From Candidatus Angelobacter sp. (GTDB lineage Bacteria > Acidobacteriota > Terriglobia > Terriglobales > Acidobacteriaceae): a stretch of 64,000 bases of DNA. The notes under the pieces were generated by a model, which was given only the letters and a program-made list of their open reading frames with translations, had not been told where the DNA came from and made no database searches. How positions within the stretch are numbered: the first letter of the stretch is position 1; each line of letters opens with the position of its first letter. Below, in pieces: positions 28,119-36,694 of this stretch. The position numbers were made by a program, and so were the translations under genes. Location: positions 2,068 to 66,067 of the forward strand of contig DATGHX010000052.1 of NCBI GenBank assembly GCA_035307585.1. The letters run 5' to 3'.

Positions 28119-28437
28119 TTCGAAACTCCTTCAGCGCGAAACCTTCAAATTGCGAATGGGGCAGGTTTCTCCTCTGACGTGGTCTAAAGAAATCACGGCG
28201 CACAAATTCCTTGCGAAGTTCCTCTTGAATACGAGGCGATAAGTCCACGATGTCGAATGGCCGCCGGCCAATCAAAATTGAAGGCCCCATCACATCGTGG
28301 CCAATTTCGTGGAAGAGACAACCATGGATGGTTACGTCGCCATCGTCAGATTGAAAAACCAACGAGAATCTTTTCAAGGCGGGATTGGCAAGAGGTTTCG
28401 TATCGGCGACAACGCGAAGCCGGAAATCCACGTACAT
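28108..28437 (-). CDS. hypothetical protein
   Basis: 109-aa ORF overlapping the next gene by 11 nt. No motif recognised. Confidence 0.4.
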   Translation of the reverse strand: MYVDFRLRVVADTKPLANPALKRFSLVFQSDDGDVTIHGCLFHEIGHDVMGPSILIGRRPFDIVDLSPRIQEELRKEFVRRDFFRPRQRRNLPHSQFEGFALKEFRNGR

Positions 28438-28540
28438 TTACGTATGTGGCTTTTTTAAAAAAGTCAACCTCGAAAACAGAGGTGAAACGGGGAATTCCAA
28501 AAATAATTTTGTAAGCTAAGAGGCTCTTCTCAAAGCTCAA

Positions 28541-29215
28541 TCACTTTTCCATTTGGAGCAGCGATGTATATCTTAGAACTTGACCAATAAACCTGTGTTT
28601 GCCTCGCGCCTTCGAGTTGAGCCACCAATATGGCCCAAAATTGAGGGCCAGATAACCAGCTGATCCAACGCCGACCCAAAATACACTTATCTCATATTGT
28701 GAGTAGGGCATTCTAAATTGGTCCTCAATGATTTCTTTTGGCACATCTTTCAGCAGAAACGATGCAGCCGCGATAATGAAGGCTATCGTTTGACGGCCGG
28801 TGAATTCAATCCGATCTCTCTGAAGTGAATCATGAAGGCTTGCTAACTTATCAAAATCATAAGCTGGATATCGAGCGATCAGTTCACTTGACAAAGAGTG
28901 AACCACATAATCAGACGCGCACACGCGGTAAAAGTCAGAGCGCTTATCCTCGTCTGATGCCGTGGCGTAAACATCGTGTATAACGTCGATCTTCTTCCCG
29001 CTGAGTAAATCCCTGCTAGGCGTAAAAGTCCCATGCACTATCCGCCACGTGAAGCGGATAGGATGCCTGAACATGTTCTTAGCCCAGTATCTTTTCCATA
29101 GGCGCGCCCACAGCTGCCGCCGGAAATCCTCGTAAGCAGTCAAGTACGAGACGACATTGTCAAGTTGTTCTTGCAGATTTGGACTTGCGGGAGTCTGTTG
29201 CGGTTGTGAAGCCAT
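28541..29215 (-). CDS. hypothetical membrane protein with two C-terminal TM helices
   Basis: 224 aa. Hydrophobic segments are IAFIIAAASFLL and ISVFWVGVGSAGYLALNF. The N-terminal ~140 aa are soluble and unrecognised. Confidence 0.55.
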   Translation of the reverse strand: MASQPQQTPASPNLQEQLDNVVSYLTAYEDFRRQLWARLWKRYWAKNMFRHPIRFTWRIVHGTFTPSRDLLSGKKIDVIHDVYATASDEDKRSDFYRVCASDYVVHSLSSELIARYPAYDFDKLASLHDSLQRDRIEFTGRQTIAFIIAAASFLLKDVPKEIIEDQFRMPYSQYEISVFWVGVGSAGYLALNFGPYWWLNSKARGKHRFIGQVLRYTSLLQMEK

Positions 29216-29272
29216 TTTGCAGCATTCTGCTCGAAAACAACCTGTTTCGCAAGGGTCATGGGTCTCACGATC

Positions 29273-30019
29273 TCAAGGCTGTTCGCCAAAAGTCGATTTT
29301 GTTAGCGCATTTGTCCCTGCCGCCTTAGCTGCTTTCTTCTCACGAGATTTCCCAAGCAGATTCCATGGGGGTTGAATTACGCGGATTAAACCCCCCTCCA
29401 ATCCCGCTGCGGTATTGACAGGAAGACCGTGCCATTCATAGGAATTCTCAGGCTTGGCGGTTAGCACTTTTACTTGTTTGCCTGCTGCCAATTCTGAGGC
29501 AATGAGTTTCTTGATTCTCGCGCTGGTTTTTTGCCGTTCATATCCGCGACGGTAATGCCCCATTCGCGTTCTGAATCCCCGCTGTGCTAACCCGACATAT
29601 ACAACCAAGTCGTCAACCAGGAACGCATACACCCCTGCCGCCGTCGGCGCTTTGGCGCTGAGTTTCAATTCGCCATCTCCGAGCGCAATCCAGTCACCAA
29701 GATATTCAAACCCGGCACGAAGGAGCGCATCGCCTGGCGTCGGCTTAGGAGGCTTTGCGTCGACTTCGATCGTTACGGGAGGTCGCTCAAATTCCTCTTT
29801 GTGCTTGAGGCCTCCAGTGATTCCAGCATCGAGCAGTACCTTGCGGACATGCTGGTATCGAATATCCAAAATCTCAGCAATCTCAGCGCGCTTATAGCCA
29901 GCTTGATTAAGGGCGCGGATCTTGTCTGACTTTGTTGTCAGGCCTTGGATCACGGTGTCGGGCGTGGGGCGCTGCACTCTGTTCACTCCTCTCTCGTTTC
30001 GAAAAGGCAGTGAGAACAC
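29273..30019 (-). CDS. HTH + GIY-YIG nuclease domain protein
   Basis: N-terminal HTH-like KIRALNQAGYKRAEIAEILDIRYQHVRKVL. The C-terminal half has GVYAFLVDDLVVYVGLA ... RTRMGHYRRG ... LEGGLIRVIQPPWN (GIY-x9-YxG, then Arg, Glu, Asn). Confidence 0.65.
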   Translation of the reverse strand: MFSLPFRNERGVNRVQRPTPDTVIQGLTTKSDKIRALNQAGYKRAEIAEILDIRYQHVRKVLLDAGITGGLKHKEEFERPPVTIEVDAKPPKPTPGDALLRAGFEYLGDWIALGDGELKLSAKAPTAAGVYAFLVDDLVVYVGLAQRGFRTRMGHYRRGYERQKTSARIKKLIASELAAGKQVKVLTAKPENSYEWHGLPVNTAAGLEGGLIRVIQPPWNLLGKSREKKAAKAAGTNALTKSTFGEQP

Positions 30020-30043
30020 GCGCTACTAGAATTGACCATCACG

Positions 30044-31354
30044 TTATGTCTTCCTCGAATGGTGGATAAGAACTAGCGCGTCTAATATGTGTTCGGCGAG
30101 TTGACACGCCTGCTCCATCACTCTGAGATTTGCTTTCCAAAAGGACGTTGATGCGGGGCGAAGTTTCGCACGTGAGAACTCTGCGAGAACGTCCACCAAC
30201 TGCTGATCTTTCATATGCACACCTCTGCCTCTTGTTTCTCTGAAAGGCAAGAAGAGGCGAATCTTGTCCGCCCGGACATTAGCCTGCGACAGATCCACCT
30301 CAACCGTTGAATCGAAGGGTAAAACGTGATGAAACGCGTAGCTCCTCGCATTGGAGACAATTGACTGATATTCGCTGAGTTTTTCTTTGCGGCCCAAAGC
30401 CGACCACGGCAACGCTGCAAACGCCCTGTACAGCGCCCAGTGCTGCTTGATCGTGCACCAAAACACTAAGGGTTTTAGATCGCAGATGCTGGTAAACAAT
30501 GAGATCAAGGGTACTGTGTCGCTGCTGAAATTATAGGCAAGCCTCAAGACCTCGTTCAGGGATTTTGAGTCGTCCGGTAACTCTTCAAGCTTCTTCAAGG
30601 CTTCTTTGTATTCATCTGCCTGGTTACGAAGAGAGGCCAAGATTTTCCCAAGCACTGTATCATCGGGGTGATGAACGCCAGCCGTTGGGAGGACGACATC
30701 TGTTATGGCTGCGTCACTGAGTCGATCGTAAACATCGGCGATGGCTCGGCTGCTTTCGAGTGATAGCCCCCCTTCTTTCTCCAAATCGCGTGCAATCACC
30801 TCGAGTAAATCTTCCGGAGGCACTATTTTTTTTATTGCATACACGCCTGGTGCGATTCTTTGAATGTCTGGATCTGGCAGAGATGGCAGCAGGCGAAGCT
30901 CCTTGACCGAAGCGGTCTCGACCTTGTGCGCATCTGGCCGCAGTCCTTTCATCGTGCCAATGAGCACAAAGATCAAATCTCCAACTGTCGCAAGTTCCTG
31001 AGCAACAGCGTCAGTGAGAGAAATCAGGTGCGCAGTCTCCTTTGTAGACAGAACCTTGTAGTGGTTCTTGACGCTAGTGTCGTCGCAGGCAGAAATCCTG
31101 CCCACCGATACCTTCTTCCCCGTAGCCGACAATTCCACGACTATTCGTCTCTGGGATTGATTTGTTTTAAAGATCTGTTTCTCTCTCGAAAGAAATGAGC
31201 TGTTTATTGCCAGATATGTCGTCGTGTTCCTGCCGATCGTGGCCCTTCCAATTTCATCAAATACTGAAGCCATTTGCTGGACGACCGAATCTACGGCTGA
31301 AAGGATCTTGTTTTCTATCTGGGTGTTAGCTACCGACCTGACATTCTGACTCAT
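30044..31354 (-). CDS. hypothetical 436-aa protein
   Basis: Long uninterrupted ORF with AT-rich, island-type codon usage. No P-loop or methyltransferase motifs. The only match is a weak R-x4-H (NARSYAFHH). Confidence 0.6.
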   Translation of the reverse strand: MSQNVRSVANTQIENKILSAVDSVVQQMASVFDEIGRATIGRNTTTYLAINSSFLSREKQIFKTNQSQRRIVVELSATGKKVSVGRISACDDTSVKNHYKVLSTKETAHLISLTDAVAQELATVGDLIFVLIGTMKGLRPDAHKVETASVKELRLLPSLPDPDIQRIAPGVYAIKKIVPPEDLLEVIARDLEKEGGLSLESSRAIADVYDRLSDAAITDVVLPTAGVHHPDDTVLGKILASLRNQADEYKEALKKLEELPDDSKSLNEVLRLAYNFSSDTVPLISLFTSICDLKPLVFWCTIKQHWALYRAFAALPWSALGRKEKLSEYQSIVSNARSYAFHHVLPFDSTVEVDLSQANVRADKIRLFLPFRETRGRGVHMKDQQLVDVLAEFSRAKLRPASTSFWKANLRVMEQACQLAEHILDALVLIHHSRKT

Positions 31355-31513
31355 GTTGAGCCTATTATGTCTCGAAGTTACCTCCCGTTTGTTCGCCGAA
31401 ACGCACCTTTTCGCTATTTGGAAAATGGCTGTCTAATGGGGCGCTAAAAAATAGGCTGCTAATGAATACTCACGTTCTGCTGGGCCGCTACGCCTATGAT
31501 GGGAGGAATTCCC

Positions 31514-32068
31514 CTACACAATTGCCGAACCGCCTGCGCGGCGCGAACGCCGCGCTCTATGGCGTTTCAGAGACTGCCGTTCGTTCTTGTTTTTTGGCTC
31601 ATAACCGGGCGCGAAAAGGTAAATATTGTCTGATAGTGCCCAATCACAATGCTCATCATCTCTCTTTTTGAGAATGTAACCAATTCCATTCTTTGAAAAA
31701 TCGTAGGCCTCAACTTTGGCGTTCCCGACCATCCCTCCCCAGCGCTCTTGAATTCCCGCAGCAGAAAGAGGGGCATTGCTCAGGAGGATGCAGTGGAGAT
31801 GCCGTTTCACTTTGAAATTCGAAAGGCCGCTCAATGACATCTCCTCCGCCATGATGTAAGCAATATTCTCTCGGTAGCGCCAACGGCAGGAGAGGATATT
31901 CGCGAAATCTGAAAATGTCCTTCTGGCTTGTTGATGATCCGCTTGGTCTCGGAATGTGAATGTGCAATAAAGGGAACACTTTGCGTCGCGGATAATATCC
32001 TGGTACCACTCTTTTTCATCAGCAGTTAAAAACCGGAGAGACCTGTAAGGTGAGTGTGAGGAAGACAT
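31514..32068 (-). CDS. minimal HUH-superfamily Rep/relaxase-like endonuclease
   Basis: Three motifs in canonical order and spacing: CTFTFR (motif I), RHLHCILLS (HUH), GIGYILKK (Y-x-x-K). Start set at the ATG, Met3 of the ORF. Confidence 0.55.
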   Translation of the reverse strand: MSSSHSPYRSLRFLTADEKEWYQDIIRDAKCSLYCTFTFRDQADHQQARRTFSDFANILSCRWRYRENIAYIMAEEMSLSGLSNFKVKRHLHCILLSNAPLSAAGIQERWGGMVGNAKVEAYDFSKNGIGYILKKRDDEHCDWALSDNIYLFAPGYEPKNKNERQSLKRHRARRSRRAGGSAIV

Positions 32069-32400
32069 GCCCAATGTCCTTTGCTAACTGAATGTGGACC
32101 GCTATTGCCTACTGGTCTCTCTGTCAAGCAGCTTCGTGAACTCGCTACTCAGCATCGCGCTATAAACCAGTAACCCATGTCCCATTCAATTCTCCAACTG
32201 CGTCTGACTTGAATCTTCTCGAAGGTTTCAGACAATGGAGAATCCAAGAGCGCCATCGCGCTTGTCGTCACTCTCTGGAGTCGAGAGAAATAGAGAGCAA
32301 GGTGGACATTGGGCATGAAGACCTTGCTCTCCATCTCAACTCAGAAGCAAAGCTCTCTTCGGCTGTCAGGCCGGTTGGAGCTGCTTCCATTTCTTGTTGC

Positions 32401-32429
32401 TTATAAAATCCTCCTTTGCCAAAAGTCAA
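32401..32429 (-). promoter_or_regulatory. sigma70-like promoter candidate (TTGACT-17-TTATAA)
   Basis: Minus strand reads GGTTGACTTTT, then a 17-nt spacer, then TTATAA, upstream of the Rep-like gene block. Confidence 0.3.
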
Positions 32430-32437
32430 CCGCTGCA

Positions 32438-32590
32438 CTAGGAAATCTTTGAGCCGTTATAACTTGCTGCAGTGGCATTCTCCGAGCTTATGTAGTCGTC
32501 ATCGAACCACTGCGGTTCTGGCATTTCCTGCTGCTGGCGAGAGTTGCCCTGGTCGTCGTACTGTTCAAAATCGAGATTTGGGTCATTCAT
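32438..32590 (-). CDS. unlisted 50-aa highly acidic ORF
   Basis: Hand translation gives MNDPNLDFEQYDDQGNSRQQQEMPEPQWFDDDYISSENATAASYNGSKIS. Starts 13 nt after the upstream stop, with a weak SD. Confidence 0.25.
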   Translation of the reverse strand: MNDPNLDFEQYDDQGNSRQQQEMPEPQWFDDDYISSENATAASYNGSKIS

Positions 32591-32603
32591 GGTCTTTACT
32601 CGA

Positions 32604-33113
32604 TCAAGCAAGGTCGCTGGCTTCTTTTTTGCCAGGGAGAGTTACCTGTTCCCAGTTGATCTGCTCCCCTACCAGCGGGATGAAGCTTGGCTTCCCTGGA
32701 AGATCCCAGAGATCGATAAACTCACCTGTTTTGGGGTTCGTGATGTGAAGTTGGGTTGGGTTACCATCGTCATCCCACACATGATGCGGTTGGCGTGGGT
32801 CATTGGGCCCTAAGTGATAGGTTCCTTGGACATACTCAAACTGGACGTTTGGGGACAGTTTGAATATAACAGCCTCCTTCAGTTCATCAATGAACTCAGC
32901 ATCGATGCAGTAAGCTTCGATATAAAGCGCATCATGAACGAGTTTTACATAACCAGCCGCCGTCGTCCCAATATCGCCTACTCCGAACCAGACATCTGTT
33001 GGCTCATCTGTTTCTTCATATGTTTTGAGCAGTTGGAGGGCCTGCTCTTTGGTCCATTTATGGATCGCGTCTGGGTCACCTAGATCGCGATACCTGGTTT
33101 TCGTTTGTTGCAT
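32604..33113 (-). CDS. hypothetical protein
   Basis: ORF with ATG at 33113 (Met17) preceded by AAAGGAAG. No motif recognised. Confidence 0.45.
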   Translation of the reverse strand: MQQTKTRYRDLGDPDAIHKWTKEQALQLLKTYEETDEPTDVWFGVGDIGTTAAGYVKLVHDALYIEAYCIDAEFIDELKEAVIFKLSPNVQFEYVQGTYHLGPNDPRQPHHVWDDDGNPTQLHITNPKTGEFIDLWDLPGKPSFIPLVGEQINWEQVTLPGKKEASDLA

Positions 33114-33182
33114 TTTTCGCTGTCTTCCTTTCTGTTCAGTCGCGGTCCAACTGAGCGCCATTTACATCGAGGCGAATTCGTA

Positions 33183-33425
33183 CTAGCCTTTTCTCACCTT
33201 CGCAGGTACTATGTTCTGCCGAATCAAATCCTCAATGGCCTCGCGGCGAAACCTGATGAGGCGACCGATTCGCACGTATTCGATCTGCTTAAACAGCACC
33301 CATTGCCGAAGGCCAGATTCCGTCAGTCCCAGGGCCTTAGCAGCCTCACGAACGGACAGCAGTTTCTGAGTCGCAAGCTCTCCCACGGTCAAGAACCCTC
33401 TCAAGGCTGTATACCGTCTCTTCAT
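33183..33425 (-). CDS. xis: excisionase-family (AlpA/Xis-type) HTH DNA-binding protein
   Basis: LLSVREAAKALGLTESGLRQWVLFKQIEYVRIGRLIRFRREAIEDLI matches the excisionase-type HTH pattern. Confidence 0.75.
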   Translation of the reverse strand: MKRRYTALRGFLTVGELATQKLLSVREAAKALGLTESGLRQWVLFKQIEYVRIGRLIRFRREAIEDLIRQNIVPAKVRKG

Positions 33426-33626
33426 TTCACATTCCGTACTTTGCCGTGAAATATTTTGTCCGGACGTCTACCTCCTGCTTCTTAATTTCGCCGCCTCTCG
33501 CCTAAGGGAAGGGAGGGCCGAACTCATTAGACCGTGAGTGTCGGCCCTCATTTCAGGCGGGCGATGTTGATTTATTGAAGCCCTGAGGCTGGTAACAGAA
33601 CAAGCTTTGTTTTGGCAGGGAAACTG

Positions 33627-34280
33627 TTACGTTTTGTTCTTACCGGACTTAGATCGACGCGGGAAAAGGTGACCACGTTGCTTAATTGTCTTCAAATATT
33701 TCACGCCGATTTTCTTGGAAAAAACCGCGCTGATGAGAACAGATAGCGTGGAGTAATTCGTGCTGCCAGTTCTTTCCTCCACGATCCTCACCACATAAGC
33801 AATCTGCGACCAAGCTGTCACGGTGCGCATTCCCGCCCGTACCTTCTTTTCTGCTTCGAGGCACTCATGGATAACACGCGCAGTCTTGTGAATGAGGTCG
33901 GGAACAATATCGCCATTTTGCTTGATGTGCATCGACGAGATTAAGAGGAAACGATGTGCTTCCTCATTCTGATAGCAGTATTCCAAGTCATCTACCAATC
34001 TCGTCAGCTGTTTTCGTACGTCCCTCCTGAGAAGTGCAGGCTGCCGCCCGCCATAAGGCAATCTCCGCAGTCGAAGCAAGTTTCTTTCTAGCCACTCTGG
34101 ATCGCAATTCTGATTGCAGAGCCGGTCAAAAGCGTTCTTGACGGGGCCGCGCTCGATCCGAAGTCTTCGATGGAAGCTCCGCTGCCACTCAAGCATCTGC
34201 TCATAGCCTAGCAATGCAACTTTGTTTCTGCTCGACACAACACCCTCCCTTGGGCGTTTGAGATTTAAACAGCTAATCAA
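33627..34280 (-). CDS. hypothetical protein (start uncertain)
   Basis: 217-aa ORF, the first gene inside attR. The TTG start lies within the ACTTTAAGG repeat, so the true start may be at the next in-frame Met (Met29). Confidence 0.4.
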   Translation of the reverse strand: MISCLNLKRPREGVVSSRNKVALLGYEQMLEWQRSFHRRLRIERGPVKNAFDRLCNQNCDPEWLERNLLRLRRLPYGGRQPALLRRDVRKQLTRLVDDLEYCYQNEEAHRFLLISSMHIKQNGDIVPDLIHKTARVIHECLEAEKKVRAGMRTVTAWSQIAYVVRIVEERTGSTNYSTLSVLISAVFSKKIGVKYLKTIKQRGHLFPRRSKSGKNKT

Positions 34281-34300
34281 CTTTAAGGGGTACTTTAAGG
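34280..34300 (+). repeat. paired ACTTTAAGG direct repeats (arm-type recombinase site candidate, attR side)
   Basis: ACTTTAAGG at 34280-34288 and 34292-34300, with the same 12-bp period and orientation as the attL-side pair. Confidence 0.4.
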
Positions 34301-34446
34301 AGTCGAGAAAGAAATCGACGGCACGTGACGGTAAATGACGGTAGTCGAAAAATCAAGCTAAGTCGTTGACTCTAAATGGCAACCGCCAATTTTGTCTTGG
34401 CGCTTCAAGAGTTTACAATCTGTCAGGAGAGCACGAAGAATTCTGC

Positions 34447-34499
<53 letters not shown>

Positions 34500-34585
34500 A
34501 ACCGCCTCACCCTGCACTTCCGTTTCTCGGCGCCTCCGTTTTTCCAATCACCGGATCACGCGATCCGAACCGCGGCCATCCTGAT

Positions 34586-34918
34586 TCACGCTTTGTCGTA
34601 GAACTTCAGAGCCATGGCGCCGTGCGTGGCCGCTCCACCGGCGCGCAAGGCGGCGGCCAGCAGAGCGCTTTCCGTAATCTCTTCGCGCGATGCGCCTGCG
34701 CCCTTCGCGGCTTTGCTATGCACCTCAATGCAATAAGGGCACTGCGTGGTGCAGGCGACAGCCAGCGCGATCAGCTCGCGGTATTTGCGGGGAATGGCGC
34801 CGTCTTCGCGGGCAACGATCTTGTCCAGGTTCAACCAAGCCTGGAATTCCGCGGGCGCAAGCTTGCCCATCTCCTTCAGCAGCCGGAGATCGGCGGGATC
34901 ATGATAGTGGTCGCTCAT
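34586..34918 (-). CDS. carboxymuconolactone decarboxylase / AhpD-like family protein
   Basis: ALAVACTTQCPYCIEVHSKAA carries the AhpD-type CxxC motif; 110 aa. Confidence 0.8.
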   Translation of the reverse strand: MSDHYHDPADLRLLKEMGKLAPAEFQAWLNLDKIVAREDGAIPRKYRELIALAVACTTQCPYCIEVHSKAAKGAGASREEITESALLAAALRAGGAATHGAMALKFYDKA

Positions 34919-35065
34919 CTTCTCCTCCTCGGGGTACAGCGTCTTTTAAAACAATCTGCGTGCGATTTACCAAAGTCGATGCAATCCCGGCTGCTTTCAC
35001 AGGAACAGCCGCAGTTGCGCTCGGCGAGCGCTCGCCGAAGTTCAGCTTCCAGACGGACAGCGAAG

Positions 35066-35743
35066 TCATCGTCCATTCATGGGAAGCGAACCCAGCAGGC
35101 TGCTGGCGCCGTTCCAAACGATTTGCACGCCGATGCACACCAGCAGAAACGACGAAAGTCTTAGCAACACCGACATCCCGGTTGTTCCCAGCACGCGCGC
35201 CAGGCGGTCGGCGAAGGCATAGCAGAAATAGACGCTGGCGGCAATCATCGCCGAAGCCACCAGCGCCACAGCCATGGACAGCACGTGGATCGGGTGGTGG
35301 CGGGCGGCGTTCGCGCCCAAAGTGATGGCCACGGAGATCGAGCCGGGTCCAACGGTGAGAGGCAGCGTCAGCGGATAAAAGGCCTGGCCGTACAGGTCCT
35401 GCGGCTGCATGCTCTGGTCGAGTTCGCGACGCTCGTCGGCGCCCTGCTTCAACAGTGTCCAACCGGTGGAGATCACGATCAATCCTCCGCCCACCTGCAC
35501 CACCGGCAGAGAGATTCCAAAGAACTCCAGAATGTATGAGCCGATGAAATAGGATCCCACCAGGATGAAGAAGGAATTCCAGGCGACCTTTTGCGCAAGC
35601 GTTCGCCGGGCGTCACCAGGGTAGGAGGTGGTACGCGCCAGAAAGACCGGGCTCCCGCCCAGCGGATTCACGATAGGGAACAGCGCGCTCAGCACCAGCA
35701 GAAGAGTTTTCGCGGCTTCAAGCATAGGAGCGAGTATAGCCAT
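35066..35743 (-). CDS. MarC-family (UPF0056) integral membrane protein
   Basis: LFPIVNPLGGSPVFL N-terminal signature and about 6 TM helices. Confidence 0.8.
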   Translation of the reverse strand: MAILAPMLEAAKTLLLVLSALFPIVNPLGGSPVFLARTTSYPGDARRTLAQKVAWNSFFILVGSYFIGSYILEFFGISLPVVQVGGGLIVISTGWTLLKQGADERRELDQSMQPQDLYGQAFYPLTLPLTVGPGSISVAITLGANAARHHPIHVLSMAVALVASAMIAASVYFCYAFADRLARVLGTTGMSVLLRLSSFLLVCIGVQIVWNGASSLLGSLPMNGR

Positions 35744-35819
35744 TCTTCGTCGTTTTCAATTCTTCCAACCGGACCAGAAGATGGCTGTTCTCGCTCCCCA
35801 TCTTGCGCCTGGCGCCGCT

Positions 35820-36464
35820 TTATGCTGCGCCGGACGTCCGCTCGTCTTCAGCTTTCACCAGCGGCACGTTTACCAGGTGTTCGCTCAGAAACCACGACTG
35901 CAGTTCGTTGGTCCGCAGCACCTCGCTGACGACGAGATCATTTGTGCCGTCATCGCCCAGGGTCGATGCGCGGCGCGCCAGCTCGCGGACCTGGCCGATG
36001 ATTACCTGGTGAGCGTCCAGCAGGCGGGACAATTGCACCGGAACTTCTTCGCGTCCGCGAGGCGGGCGCTCGATCTGAGTGGTCTCGGCTACGTCCGCCG
36101 CCATGGCGATGCTCACTCCGCCCAGCAGTTGAATGCGTTCCGCAATCGAGTCCACCAGCTCGTTCTGTTCTCCATAGTGTTTGTCATATAGCAAGTGCAG
36201 CTGGTAAAACGTCGGGCCGGCAACCTGCCAGTGCGACTTCTTGTACAAGTCGCGAAGAGTGATGGTGTCCGCCAGAAGCTGGTTTAACTGCGCGGTCATC
36301 TCCAGGCGCACCGGCTCCTCCAGTTGCAGAGGAAGAATGTGGTTCACCGTTCCGTAGGCCTGCAGTTCGCGGGCGCGTTGATGAAGACGGGGTTGAGCAC
36401 TGATCTTTGCCGTGGTATTCGCTCCCATAGGTTTTTTTGCCATTGCCTTTTCTCCTTTCGCCAT
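35820..36464 (-). CDS. dps: Dps-family DNA-protection / ferritin-like protein
   Basis: TITLRDLYKKSHWQVAGPTFYQLHLLYDKHYGEQNELVDSIAERIQLLGG is typical Dps. The start may be Met8 (36443), which has an AAAGGAG SD. Confidence 0.85.
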   Translation of the reverse strand: MAKGEKAMAKKPMGANTTAKISAQPRLHQRARELQAYGTVNHILPLQLEEPVRLEMTAQLNQLLADTITLRDLYKKSHWQVAGPTFYQLHLLYDKHYGEQNELVDSIAERIQLLGGVSIAMAADVAETTQIERPPRGREEVPVQLSRLLDAHQVIIGQVRELARRASTLGDDGTNDLVVSEVLRTNELQSWFLSEHLVNVPLVKAEDERTSGAA

Positions 36465-36694
36465 AGATCGGCGGGCATGATGAACAGTTGTTTCCCTCGC
36501 GTTGGTGCGCGCTGCTTATTCTATGCTCTTCGCGGCGCGCAGTGGGCCTGCCGCCGGAAGAGGCAGCATATTGCGGGGGCTGGAGCATCATAACAACAAC
36601 GACAACCGCGCACTTCGTCAGCCCTCCCCTACTGAAAAGGTGTCGCCGATTTGCCTCCGACGGCTCGTGAGCCGGAAGCGCTCCGTGATCTTGC

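Noticed and set aside
28541-31354. The GIY-YIG cassette as a type II restriction-modification system.
   Set aside because: No DNA methyltransferase motifs (FxGxG with DPPY/NPPY/SPPY, or PCQ/ENV) were found in the cassette or the adjacent ORFs by eye. An orphan restriction enzyme would be lethal without a modification partner.
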